Virus record (IMG/VR): IMGVR_UViG_3300024255_000031
Location: 1 to 58,615 of that record
DNA: 58,615 bases
DNA from: a virus
Taxonomy: Duplodnaviria; Caudoviricetes
Direction: 5' to 3' (one strand)
Every line of letters starts with the position of its first letter. Within the stretch, counting starts at the first letter, position 1. Positions 49,352 through 58,178 of this stretch are shown here, in pieces. The notes under the pieces are model-generated. The model made no database searches. It was not told the DNA's origin and saw only the letters and a list, made by a program, of their open reading frames with translations. The translations under genes and the position numbers were made by a program.

Positions 49352-49373
49352 TATTTATCGTTCACGATAAATA
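49352..49373. promoter_or_regulatory. Back-to-back divergent late promoters (palindrome)
   Basis: TATTTATCG-TTCA-CGATAAATA gives CGATAAATA on both strands between divergent gp14 and gp13. Confidence 0.75.
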
Positions 49374-49389
49374 CTATTGGAGAACTTCT

Positions 49390-50142
49390 ATGGCAATTAC
49401 ACAAAAACAAGAAATATTTGATTACGTTACTGCATTTTTAGGCGGAGGCATGGTGGATGTTGAATTAGATCCAATACATTACGAAACAGCCCTTGCAAAA
49501 GCTCTTTCAAAATTTAGACAACGTTCAGATAACTCGGTTGAAGAGTCGTATGTGTTTTTAGAAACAAGTGAAGATCAAAATGAATATACTCTTCCAAAAG
49601 AGGTTATAGAAGTTCGTAAAATATTCCGTAGAAGCATTGGGTCGCGCACAGGCGGCGGCGATGGCGGAACGATGTTCGAACCGTTTAATATGGCATACAC
49701 AAATACATACTTGTTATCGGGTAGTAATATGGGCGGACTTGCAACGTATGATATGTTTAGTCAATATCAAGAACTAGTAGGCAGAATGTTTGGTTCATTT
49801 ATTGAATTTAAATGGAATAGTGCTACTAAAAAAATAACACTACTACAGCGTCCAAGAACAAACGAAAATCTTTTGCTAATGTGTTACAATTATAGACCCG
49901 ACGAACAACTACTTGTTGACTATCAAGCACAGCAGTGGATTAAAGATTATACCCTTGCAAGTTGCAAATATATGCTAGGCGAAGCACGTAGTAAGTTTGC
50001 TACAATTGCTGGACCACAAGGCGGATCTACTCTCAACGGTAACGATCTTAAAAACGAAGCAATGCAAGAAATGGAAAAACTTGAACAAGATGTTATTCAA
50101 CAAGTTGCAGGCGGAGTAGGTTACGGATTTACTATTGGCTAA
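49390..50142 (+). CDS. gp13: Neck protein, T4 gp13-like (start at ATG 49390)
   Basis: LGGGMVDVELD, WIKDYTLA..K..LGEARSKF..I.GPQGG.TLNG motifs. GGAGA RBS. Confidence 0.8.
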   Translation: MAITQKQEIFDYVTAFLGGGMVDVELDPIHYETALAKALSKFRQRSDNSVEESYVFLETSEDQNEYTLPKEVIEVRKIFRRSIGSRTGGGDGGTMFEPFNMAYTNTYLLSGSNMGGLATYDMFSQYQELVGRMFGSFIEFKWNSATKKITLLQRPRTNENLLLMCYNYRPDEQLLVDYQAQQWIKDYTLASCKYMLGEARSKFATIAGPQGGSTLNGNDLKNEAMQEMEKLEQDVIQQVAGGVGYGFTIG

Positions 50143-50146
50143 CTCA

Positions 50147-50183
50147 TTGAAATCATTGAAGAAAAATAATCCAATGATTTCAA
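50147..50183. repeat. 12-bp inverted repeat downstream of gp13 (possible terminator/processing stem)
   Basis: TTGAAATCATTG ... CAATGATTTCAA with a 13-nt loop. No U-tract. Confidence 0.6.
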
Positions 50184-50218
50184 AGACTTAAAAAACACCA
50201 ACGTTAGCGCCAACATTT

Positions 50219-50244
50219 TGTTATATTGTAAATACAATATAACA
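50219..50244. promoter_or_regulatory. 26-bp palindrome with central GTAAATA, upstream of small ORF
   Basis: TGTTATATTGTA-AA-TACAATATAACA immediately before the GGAGG RBS. Confidence 0.55.
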
Positions 50245-50256
50245 CGGAGGTACATA

Positions 50257-50502
50257 ATGTGTAGTCCATTTGTGCGCAAAGAAGCCAATCGACTTAACTG
50301 GTTAGTCAAAGGCCAATTAATTGACAGAAGCGAATCAGATGCTACTGTTGAAAAATTATACGATTCATATTTTAAAAGACTTTGGAATAATACTGAAAGA
50401 GCAGAATATGGTGCTATAGGATTTGAAGCAGCATACAAGGCTCGAGAAGCTGAACTATTATCTGAAGAAATGACATATGTTGCTAATCTAGGATACAATT
50501 AA
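50257..50502 (+). CDS. Hypothetical protein, 81 aa (MCSPFVRKEANR...)
   Basis: GGAGG at 50246-50 supports the ATG at 50257 over the upstream TTG. Confidence 0.6.
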   Translation: MCSPFVRKEANRLNWLVKGQLIDRSESDATVEKLYDSYFKRLWNNTERAEYGAIGFEAAYKAREAELLSEEMTYVANLGYN

Positions 50503-50504
50503 GG

Positions 50505-50532
50505 TTGACAAATATATATTTTCTGTTATAAT
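50505..50532 (+). promoter_or_regulatory. Sigma70-type (early) promoter
   Basis: TTGACA, 16-nt spacer ending TGT, then TATAAT (extended -10). Upstream of AGGAG and the kinase gene. Confidence 0.7.
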
Positions 50533-50554
50533 TGTATAATTATAGGAGAACAAT

Positions 50555-51079
50555 ATGAAACTAAAACTACTAGTCATTGGACACGGCAGACACGGTAAAG
50601 ATACGGTGTGTGAAATTCTCCGTGATAAGTATGGTTATAGTTTTGAAAGCAGCAGCAAGTTCTGTAGTAAATTGTTTATCTATAATGATCTAAAAGACAA
50701 GTACAGATACATCGACGAAGAACAGTGCTATGCTGATAGACATAACCATCGTCAAGAATGGTATGAAGCTATTTGTGATTACAATGTACCTGATGCTGGC
50801 ACACTTGGTAGAGAAATATTCAAAGCACATGATATCTACTGCGGCTTACGTAACAAGCGTGAATTTAATGCAATGAAGAATACTGGAGTTTTTGATAAAG
50901 CTATTTGGGTAGATCGTAGTGATCATCTTCCTCCTGAAAGCAAAAACTCTATGAGCTTAGAGCAATGGATGGCAGATTATACTATTGACAACAACGGAAC
51001 ACTCGAAGAATTGGAATTTAACTTAGCTCAACTTATTGAACACATTGATCCTTACAGTGCATCAGAAGTCGGGGATTAA
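50555..51079 (+). CDS. Deoxynucleoside monophosphate kinase-like P-loop protein (T4 gp1-like)
   Basis: IGHGRHGKDT P-loop, GLRNKRE and DYTIDNNGTLEEL motifs. Confidence 0.65.
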   Translation: MKLKLLVIGHGRHGKDTVCEILRDKYGYSFESSSKFCSKLFIYNDLKDKYRYIDEEQCYADRHNHRQEWYEAICDYNVPDAGTLGREIFKAHDIYCGLRNKREFNAMKNTGVFDKAIWVDRSDHLPPESKNSMSLEQWMADYTIDNNGTLEELEFNLAQLIEHIDPYSASEVGD

Positions 51080-51397
51080 GTCTCCCTGTTTCCACTTCAC
51101 ACCACTTTTTTGAATTATTCGTTGACAGTTAGCACATATAGTTTTTAAATTACTGAAACGACAGTTGTCTAAATTACCGTCAACATGAAACACATTAAAC
51201 TGTTCAGAATGATTTGACTTATAGCCACATTTCTCACAAGTGTCTTTTTTCTCATAACCTTTTTGTTTCCATTTAGGAATACCGTGACCGATACCGTTAC
51301 GTGAACAACGCTCACATAGCTTTCGATAATATATTTTGCCGTTTTTTTTATAATTTATAGCAGCTGGACGGTGGCCGCACTTGCATAATGGTCTCAT
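51062..51397 (-). CDS. Zn-binding HNH-like endonuclease-family protein
   Basis: CKCG, CERC, CEKCG and HVDGNLDNCRFSNLKTICANC motifs. Confidence 0.65.
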   Translation of the reverse strand: MRPLCKCGHRPAAINYKKNGKIYYRKLCERCSRNGIGHGIPKWKQKGYEKKDTCEKCGYKSNHSEQFNVFHVDGNLDNCRFSNLKTICANCQRIIQKSGVKWKQGDLIPDF

Positions 51398-51507
51398 ACT
51401 GTATTTACCTCACCTTTCCGGCCCCTTTTTCAGAGGTATTACTGCTATGATTTTTAGAGTAGATGCTAAATACAAGTAATACAAATACATCCAACAGGGA
51501 GATAAAC

Positions 51508-54500
51508 ATGGCATTAGTATCACCAGGTGTACAGGTTAGCGTAATAGACGAAAGTTTTTACACACCGGCAGAACCAGGCACCGTACCAGTAATTTTTGTT
51601 GCATCGCAAGAAAACAAACTAAATGCTTCGGGCACAGGCACAGCAGTAGGAACGCTAGCAGCAAATGCTGGTAAGCCATACTTGTTAACATCACAACGTG
51701 ACCTAGCTGAAACATTTGGCGATCCACTTTTCCAAACAGACGCAAGCAACAACGCAATTCATGGCTCAGAACTTAACGAATACGGGCTACACGCTGCATA
51801 TTCATATTTAGGCGTAAGTAACAGAGCATGGGTTGTTAGAGCCGACTTAGACTTAGGACAGCTTGTTCCGAGAGTAGAAGTACCAACAGCAGATCCTGAT
51901 GCAGGAACTTATTGGTTAGATACTACAGCTTCAGTGTATGGCATCCAAGAATGGAATAATGCACCTGAGTCAGTAACACGCGGACAGACGTTTACTAACA
52001 AAATTCCACTTGTTATTACAGACGAGACATTAGTACAAGACTTTGATAACGCAAATTATACTCCAAAAGGTTCAGTAGGAGCAGTAGGCGACTACGCTGT
52101 AGTTTCTGTAACTACACTAAAAACTATTTGGTATAGAGCTACAACTGGTTGGGTAGAATTAGGAACCGACGCTTGGAAAGAAACAATTCCAAGTGTAGTA
52201 AGTTCTAAAATTGGCGCTACATTTGGTGAAGATTCGTCAGAACAAGGCTCAAGTACATTTGTACTTAATGGCACTGTAGTTACTGTTACTACCGGCGATA
52301 CTATTGCAGACATTGTTACTACTATTAATAACTTAGTAATTTCGGGCGTAACTGCTACTGAATTAAATGGTGAACTAGCACTTTATAATGACGGAGTTAA
52401 TGTTGATAGATTAACATTTGCAGCAGGTACTAACGCAGACACAGCAGTACTTGATTTTTTAGCTATTGATGCAGAAGAATATTTACTTCCAGCTGTACAG
52501 ATTAGCAAGCACACACAAATTCCAGATACATATAAAAGTAGCACTAGTTACAATGGACGTCCTACAGGAAGTGTATGGTTAAAAACTACAACACCAAATG
52601 CAGGAGCACGTTGGAGAGTCAAGATTTGGAATGACGAAACAAAACTTTGGGATTCTGTTGATGCACCAATTTACGATTCTGCACAATCAGCTTTAGTTGA
52701 ATTAGATAGAACGGGCGGCGGAGCAAACTTAGCAATTGGCGATTTATATGTTCTAAGCAATGTTGCTAACGACGACGATCCACTAGGAACATTTAAAATC
52801 TTTAAAAGAGCGTCAGTTGGATCAACTACTATTACAACATCTGACATTACGCTAGCAAACTTTCCAGATGGTAACGCATTTGAATTAGTTATTGAGTCAT
52901 CGACTCCAGGTTCTGCTACTTTTAGTAGTGATGTATCTGGCTTAATTCAGTTTACAGGACAAGGCGCCGCTGCAGATACTGCAACTAGTATTGCAAGTGC
53001 AATTACAAGTGCAAATATCCCGTACATTAGTGCAAGCGTTAGCGGAAGTAAAGTTATAATTACTCACAGCCAAGGCGGTGAAATTCGATTAACTGATACC
53101 ATTTCTAGTTCTACTCCTGCACTAACAGCATTAGGCATTTCACCATATGTTATGTCAAGTGGAGCAGGAACACGTTTTGTATCATACGAACCTGGCACAT
53201 CTAGCGACACAACGCCGCAACAATTACGTGCAAGCAATTGGGAAGTACTAAACCACAAAGCATCACCAAACGCACCGACTGAAACAGCCGAGCAGGGTGC
53301 ATTATGGTATAATTCAATTGTTGACGAAGTTGACATTATGGTTAATAATGGCAGTATTTGGGTAGGTTATAAAGATTCAACAAGTCCTGCTTATAATGCA
53401 GTAAACGGTACAGATACTAACGGTCCAATCGTAAGTGCAAGTCGACCAACAAAACAAACAGACGGTACAGATCTTGTAGCAGGTGATTTATGGATTGATA
53501 CTTCGGATTTAGATAATTATCCTGTAATTTACAAATACAAAGGCCCAATACTAGATCGTTGGGACTTAATTGACAACAGTGATCAAACAACTGAAAATGG
53601 TATTGTATTTGCTGATGCACGATATGGTTCAACAGGAGCAACAGGAGCAACAGCAGCAAAAATTAGTACTTTACTTACAACTAACTATGTAGACTCAGAT
53701 TGTCCAGATCCTGCATTATATCCAAAAGGCACATTGCTGTTTAACACTCGCAGAAGCGGATTTAATGTTAAGCGTTACGAAGTTAATTATATTGACAATA
53801 CTGATGTTAACGTAAGATTCGGCGACGAATCAATGGCTAACTATGCACGTAACCGTTGGGTTACTGAAAGTGCTAACCAAGAAGACGGTGCAGGAACATT
53901 TGGGCGTAAAGCACAAAGAAAAGTTGTTGTACAAAAACTACAAGCAATTGTCAATTCAAACGATGAAATTCGTAATGAAGATGCACGTAGATTTAACTTA
54001 ATTGCATGTCCAGGATATTCAGAACTTATTGGCGAAATGGTTATATTAAACGCTGACAGAGGACTAACAGGATTTGTTGTTGGTGATAGTCCAGCAAGGC
54101 TAACACCAGATGCAACTAGCTTGAACAATTGGGCAACTAACGTTCGTGTTGCAGTAGAAGACAACGAAAACGGTCTAGTTACTAATGACGAATATCTAGG
54201 TATGTTTTATCCATGGGGATTTACAAGCGACAACTTTGGCAACAACGTTGTAGTTCCACCAAGTCACATGATGTTACGTACTATTGCACTAAGTGATCAA
54301 GTTAGCTATCCATGGTTTGCACCAGCAGGTACAAGACGTGGCGGAGTTAACAATGCAAGTTCAACAGGCTATATTAATAGCGAAGGCGAATTTGTAAGTG
54401 TAGCACTTAACGAAGGACAAAGAGATACATTATATGCACAAGGCGTTAACCCAATTACGTTTATTACAGGTGCAGGACTTGTTAACTTTGGACAGAAAAC

Positions 54501-54849
54501 TCGTGCAAGAGGAGCAAGCTCGCTAGACAGAATTAACGTTGCACGTTTGGTAATTTACTTACGTTCACAACTTAATCAGCTTGCTAAACCATATATCTTT
54601 GAACCTAATGATAAAATCACTAGAGACGAGATGAAACAGCAAGTAGAAAGTTTACTGCTAGAACTTGTTGGGCAGAGAGCACTTTATGACTTCCTAGTAG
54701 TGTGTGACGAAACAAACAACACACCTGCAAGAGTTGATCGTAACGAGCTTTATGTAGACATTGCCATTGAACCAGTTAAGTCAATTGAATTTATTTACAT
54801 TCCATTAAGACTTAAGAATACTGGCGAGATAGGTGGAACAGCAGGATGA
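51508..54849 (+). CDS. gp18: Contractile tail sheath protein, 1113 aa
   Basis: MALVSPGV start after GGGAG. C-terminal PWFAPAG..RG, RINVARL, FEPND..TR and VCDETNNTP motifs. Confidence 0.93.
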   Translation: MALVSPGVQVSVIDESFYTPAEPGTVPVIFVASQENKLNASGTGTAVGTLAANAGKPYLLTSQRDLAETFGDPLFQTDASNNAIHGSELNEYGLHAAYSYLGVSNRAWVVRADLDLGQLVPRVEVPTADPDAGTYWLDTTASVYGIQEWNNAPESVTRGQTFTNKIPLVITDETLVQDFDNANYTPKGSVGAVGDYAVVSVTTLKTIWYRATTGWVELGTDAWKETIPSVVSSKIGATFGEDSSEQGSSTFVLNGTVVTVTTGDTIADIVTTINNLVISGVTATELNGELALYNDGVNVDRLTFAAGTNADTAVLDFLAIDAEEYLLPAVQISKHTQIPDTYKSSTSYNGRPTGSVWLKTTTPNAGARWRVKIWNDETKLWDSVDAPIYDSAQSALVELDRTGGGANLAIGDLYVLSNVANDDDPLGTFKIFKRASVGSTTITTSDITLANFPDGNAFELVIESSTPGSATFSSDVSGLIQFTGQGAAADTATSIASAITSANIPYISASVSGSKVIITHSQGGEIRLTDTISSSTPALTALGISPYVMSSGAGTRFVSYEPGTSSDTTPQQLRASNWEVLNHKASPNAPTETAEQGALWYNSIVDEVDIMVNNGSIWVGYKDSTSPAYNAVNGTDTNGPIVSASRPTKQTDGTDLVAGDLWIDTSDLDNYPVIYKYKGPILDRWDLIDNSDQTTENGIVFADARYGSTGATGATAAKISTLLTTNYVDSDCPDPALYPKGTLLFNTRRSGFNVKRYEVNYIDNTDVNVRFGDESMANYARNRWVTESANQEDGAGTFGRKAQRKVVVQKLQAIVNSNDEIRNEDARRFNLIACPGYSELIGEMVILNADRGLTGFVVGDSPARLTPDATSLNNWATNVRVAVEDNENGLVTNDEYLGMFYPWGFTSDNFGNNVVVPPSHMMLRTIALSDQVSYPWFAPAGTRRGGVNNASSTGYINSEGEFVSVALNEGQRDTLYAQGVNPITFITGAGLVNFGQKTRARGASSLDRINVARLVIYLRSQLNQLAKPYIFEPNDKITRDEMKQQVESLLLELVGQRALYDFLVVCDETNNTPARVDRNELYVDIAIEPVKSIEFIYIPLRLKNTGEIGGTAG

Positions 54850-54855
54850 TAAATA
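54848..54855 (+). promoter_or_regulatory. Late promoter-like motif GATAAATA
   Basis: Overlaps the sheath stop codon, upstream of the tube-gene AGGAG. Confidence 0.65.
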
Positions 54856-54878
54856 CTATTGAACTAGGAGCAAACTAA

Positions 54879-55505
54879 ATGGCAATCTCATCATTATCAA
54901 AAATAACAGTTCCTTTAGCTAGCGGCGATTCTGCTGCTAGCCAAGGCTTGTTGATGCCGAAGCTCCAGTATCGCTTTCGAGTGTCGCTGGAAAACTTTGG
55001 TGTGTCAACACCAACAACGGAACTAACAAAACAAGTTGTAGACGTTACACGTCCGACGGTTGCATTCGAACCGATGGAAATACATGCATACAACTCAAAA
55101 GCATACTTAGCAGGCAAGCATACTTGGTCACCAATTACACTTAACTTACGTGAAGATGTAAACAATGCAGTACAAAAACTTGTAGGCGAACAGCTACAGA
55201 AGCAATTCGACTTTATGGAACAATCAAGTCCAGTATCTGGTCAAGATTATAAGTTTGTAACACGTATTGAAATCTTAGACGGTGGCAATGGCGTATACGA
55301 ACCAAACGTACTTGAAACATTTGAATTATATGGTTGCTTTATTACAAATGCAAACTATAACTCACTTGCTTATCAAAACAATGAACCAGTAACTGTTACA
55401 TTAGAAATCCAATATGATAACGCAGTGCAAACTGATTCATCAGGTGGTATTGGAGTAAGTGTACCAAGAGGCAACGGCAGTTTAATTACTGGCGGCGGCT
55501 CGTAA
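54879..55505 (+). CDS. gp19: Tail tube protein
   Basis: Directly after the sheath gene. PKLQYRFRV, AGKHTWSPITL..., ETFELYGCF...YDNA fit a T4-like tube fold. Confidence 0.85.
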   Translation: MAISSLSKITVPLASGDSAASQGLLMPKLQYRFRVSLENFGVSTPTTELTKQVVDVTRPTVAFEPMEIHAYNSKAYLAGKHTWSPITLNLREDVNNAVQKLVGEQLQKQFDFMEQSSPVSGQDYKFVTRIEILDGGNGVYEPNVLETFELYGCFITNANYNSLAYQNNEPVTVTLEIQYDNAVQTDSSGGIGVSVPRGNGSLITGGGS

Positions 55506-55524
55506 GAGTAATTAACAAACTAAC

Positions 55525-55551
55525 AAAAAGGAGCCTTAGGGCTCCTTTTTT
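55525..55551 (+). terminator. Intrinsic (probably bidirectional) terminator
   Basis: AAAAAGGAGCC-TTAG-GGCTCCTTTTTT. Confidence 0.9.
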
Positions 55552-55576
55552 ATTATCTACGCACATTATATTATTG

Positions 55577-55584
55577 GATAAATA
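55577..55584 (+). promoter_or_regulatory. Late promoter-like GATAAATA, 5 nt before ATG (leaderless)
   Basis: GATAAATA-TTTGT-ATG with no SD, immediately after a terminator. Confidence 0.6.
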
Positions 55585-55589
55585 TTTGT

Positions 55590-56801
55590 ATGACTACTAA
55601 TGCATATTCAGATAATTTAAACGCAAATCGAGATTCTGTAACTCTACGAGATTACAATCATGCTCAGCGTCTTTATCTAAATAATAATCTTAAATTTACA
55701 CCTAAAACTAAGTTTCTTTATCATACATTTTTTGCACTAGATCCTAGTGTAGGCGATATAGTTCAATCTTTAACTGAAAAATACGGTATTGAAATTGGCA
55801 TGTTAGTTAAAAGTGCCGACTTGCCTAAGTTTACAGCTAATGTAGAAACTAAAAACAAATATAATCGTAAAAAGAATATACAAACTAACATTGTTTACGA
55901 TCCTATTACTATAACCTTTCATGATGATAATCATGGTGTAACTACTGCTTTATTAGAAGCATATTATAGATTTTATTATGCAGACGCTTGGTATGGCGAT
56001 ACTCCGGGTGCTTATAGCAAACTAGATGGTGATACAACATATAAAGGTTCTGCTAGAAATCAATACAGGTATGGTTTAGATAATAATCTCAGTGTTCCGT
56101 TTTTTAGAAACATACAGATAAGTCAAATGGCTAGGTCTTTGTATACAACTTATACCTTAGTAAATCCTATTATTACTAACTGGCAACATGATTCTGTAGA
56201 TAGCGAAGGCGGATCAACTTTCATGCAAAATACTATTACAGTACAATACGAAGCAGTGCATTATGATAGAGGAACTGTTGAAGTTGGGTCTGACGGAAAT
56301 CCTGTAGGGTACGGAACTGTGTTCTATGACACTAGACCTAGTCCAATTGCAGTTACAGATCCAGAATCTTTGAGTACTGATATTAATGTAACTGATAACA
56401 GATCTAGTAGCAACAATGTAGAGTTTAATGATAACTTACCATTACAGAGCGCAAACTCATTGTTTAGTAATCTTAATAGGTCGACAGAGCAAGCAAGCGA
56501 AGTTGTTGGAGGATTAGACAATATTTCTATACCTATAAACGGTTCAGGAACACAACAAATTACACAATCTGTGCCGTCAACGGCAACTACAAGTAATAAC
56601 ACGTCTACTAGTTTATATCTATATAAAGATGATTTACAAAATAATTTTAAAAAATTAGACTTGTTAGCATTACAATTATTTAAAGATCAGTTCTTGCAAA
56701 ATGGCGGTTCTGGCATAAACAACTTATTTAACGCTTGGGATACTCTTCCAGAAACACAAAAAGAAGAGTATAGAAAACAAATATTAGAAGGTGCATTATG
56801 A
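55590..56801 (+). CDS. Tube-like baseplate protein (T4 gp48/gp54-like)
   Basis: LVKSADLPKF...N.YNRK...YDPITITFHDD...YTLVNP.I..W.HD......M...ITVQYE resembles a tube-fold paralog. Ser/Asn-rich tail. Confidence 0.6.
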   Translation: MTTNAYSDNLNANRDSVTLRDYNHAQRLYLNNNLKFTPKTKFLYHTFFALDPSVGDIVQSLTEKYGIEIGMLVKSADLPKFTANVETKNKYNRKKNIQTNIVYDPITITFHDDNHGVTTALLEAYYRFYYADAWYGDTPGAYSKLDGDTTYKGSARNQYRYGLDNNLSVPFFRNIQISQMARSLYTTYTLVNPIITNWQHDSVDSEGGSTFMQNTITVQYEAVHYDRGTVEVGSDGNPVGYGTVFYDTRPSPIAVTDPESLSTDINVTDNRSSSNNVEFNDNLPLQSANSLFSNLNRSTEQASEVVGGLDNISIPINGSGTQQITQSVPSTATTSNNTSTSLYLYKDDLQNNFKKLDLLALQLFKDQFLQNGGSGINNLFNAWDTLPETQKEEYRKQILEGAL

Positions 56802-57169
56802 GCAGTTTACCTATTCCAAATATATCAAAGAGATCAGATCAAGGCGTACAGCTATTTTTTGACACGTATTATAATAAGCCTATCAATTTTGCTGATAACG
56901 ACTTAACAGCAATTATATCATTTTTTGAATCAAGAGGGTTTGACAACAGTGCTGCGGTTTCGGTTAGTACTGCTTTGCTATCTCAATCAAAAGCAGAAAA
57001 GATTCCAGTTTTTAAATTAATCGATACCTTAAAGACATACACAGGAATACAACTAAGCAGTATAGTTGCTGAAATTTTAAATTATAATAGACGTCGAACA
57101 AGTGCTGTTGGATTTAAACGAGTGAGAAATGTTTCGACAATTGAATCTCGAAATATTATCACAGATTAA
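56798..57169 (+). CDS. Hypothetical protein, 123 aa
   Basis: ATGA overlap with the upstream gene. In-operon. Confidence 0.6.
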   Translation: MSSLPIPNISKRSDQGVQLFFDTYYNKPINFADNDLTAIISFFESRGFDNSAAVSVSTALLSQSKAEKIPVFKLIDTLKTYTGIQLSSIVAEILNYNRRRTSAVGFKRVRNVSTIESRNIITD

Positions 57170-57181
57170 TTTTACGTTAAT

Positions 57182-57622
57182 ATGTCTAGGTTTGCACAAG
57201 GAAAATTTACATTAAAAAATCCTGCCAAATATGTAGGAAATAAAACTCCTACATATCGAAGTAGCTGGGAATTTACCTTTATGAAGTTCTGTGACGAGCA
57301 TCCGAGTATCGAGCAATGGGCAAGTGAAGCAATTCGTATTCCTTACAGAAATCCATTAACAGGTAAGCAAACTATATACGTGCCAGATTTCTTTATTACA
57401 TACGGTGATAAGACTGGTAAACAGCGTGTAGAACTGATCGAAGTCAAACCTGCAAATCAAACTATAAAAGAAAAATTAGGCAAGAGCCGAGCTAATCAAG
57501 CACATTGGATAGTTAATCAAGCTAAGTGGGAAGCAGCAAGAATCTGGTGTAAACAGAAGGGCATTTTTTTTAGAGTTATAAATGAAGGTGATATGTTTCA
57601 CCAAGGTAGCCGCAGACGATAA
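57182..57622 (+). CDS. gp4: Head completion nuclease, T4 gp4-like (TnsA-like PD-(D/E)xK)
   Basis: NPAKYVG...YRSSWE, WASE, YVPDF, ELIEVKP and NQAKWEAA motifs. Confidence 0.85.
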   Translation: MSRFAQGKFTLKNPAKYVGNKTPTYRSSWEFTFMKFCDEHPSIEQWASEAIRIPYRNPLTGKQTIYVPDFFITYGDKTGKQRVELIEVKPANQTIKEKLGKSRANQAHWIVNQAKWEAARIWCKQKGIFFRVINEGDMFHQGSRRR

Positions 57623-57625
57623 ATA
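57618..57625 (+). promoter_or_regulatory. Late promoter-like motif GATAAATA
   Basis: Overlaps the gp4 stop, upstream of the next ORF. Confidence 0.6.
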
Positions 57626-57651
57626 ATAGTAGCATATAATGGAAAGTTACT

Positions 57652-58158
57652 ATGACTAAAAAATTAGAAGATATTTTAAACTTGCCTGAATCTAAAGATA
57701 TTATAGACAAAGCAGAGAAACAAGAAGAAGATCAAAAAGCGCATGAAATAGAGCGCCAAGACGACACTCTGCGTGATATAGCCGAGTTTGATAAAATTAC
57801 CGCAGCTTTGCCTCAAGTAAAAGGCTTAGGTGAAATGGCTGATAAAGAGCTTAATGAAGTTGCAGAAAAAGCAATGTCAGCATATGATGATTTAATGGAC
57901 CTAGGCATGAATGTAGAAAGTCGTTATGCTAGTAGAGTGTTTGAAGTCGCCGGAGGAATGCTAAAGACGTCATTAGATGCTAAAGTAGCCAAACTAGACA
58001 AGAAATTAAAAATGGTAGATCTACAACTTAAAAAACAAAAGATGGACAGTAACGGCAAAGGCCCGGGTGACGGTGGTTTTACTGAAGGGCAGGGCTATGT
58101 TGTCACTGACAGAAACAGTCTATTAGAGAAGCTTAAAGGCTTAGATAAAGATAAATAA
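57652..58158 (+). CDS. Probable terminase small subunit (gp16-like)
   Basis: Helical. SRVFEVAGGMLKT...KL..V.LQ.KK and C-terminal VVTDRNSLLEKL resemble the gp16 R.YEVA..LIK pattern. Confidence 0.45.
   Translation: MTKKLEDILNLPESKDIIDKAEKQEEDQKAHEIERQDDTLRDIAEFDKITAALPQVKGLGEMADKELNEVAEKAMSAYDDLMDLGMNVESRYASRVFEVAGGMLKTSLDAKVAKLDKKLKMVDLQLKKQKMDSNGKGPGDGGFTEGQGYVVTDRNSLLEKLKGLDKDK
58150..58157 (+). promoter_or_regulatory. Late promoter-like motif GATAAATA
   Basis: Overlaps the end of the upstream gene, before the AGGA RBS. Confidence 0.6.
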
Positions 58159-58178
58159 TATATAATAGGACAATTGAC

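Noticed and set aside
49306-49389. N-terminal extension of gp13 from the ORF-track start at 49306
   Set aside because: It overlaps gp14 and the divergent promoter. The GGAGA RBS supports ATG 49390.
50139-50498. 119-aa minus-strand ORF
   Set aside because: Antisense to the plus-strand 81-aa ORF, which has a strong GGAGG RBS. No supporting signals.
51062-51397. Mobile homing endonuclease or intron
   Set aside because: Short free-standing ORF, flanking genes intact, no intron-like structure. The terminal HNH residue appears replaced (CANCQ), so mobility is unsupported.
51463-51507. Sheath start at 51463
   Set aside because: The GGGAG RBS and the typical MALVSPGV N-terminus support ATG 51508. 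The upstream ATG overlaps a promoter-like GCTAAATA.
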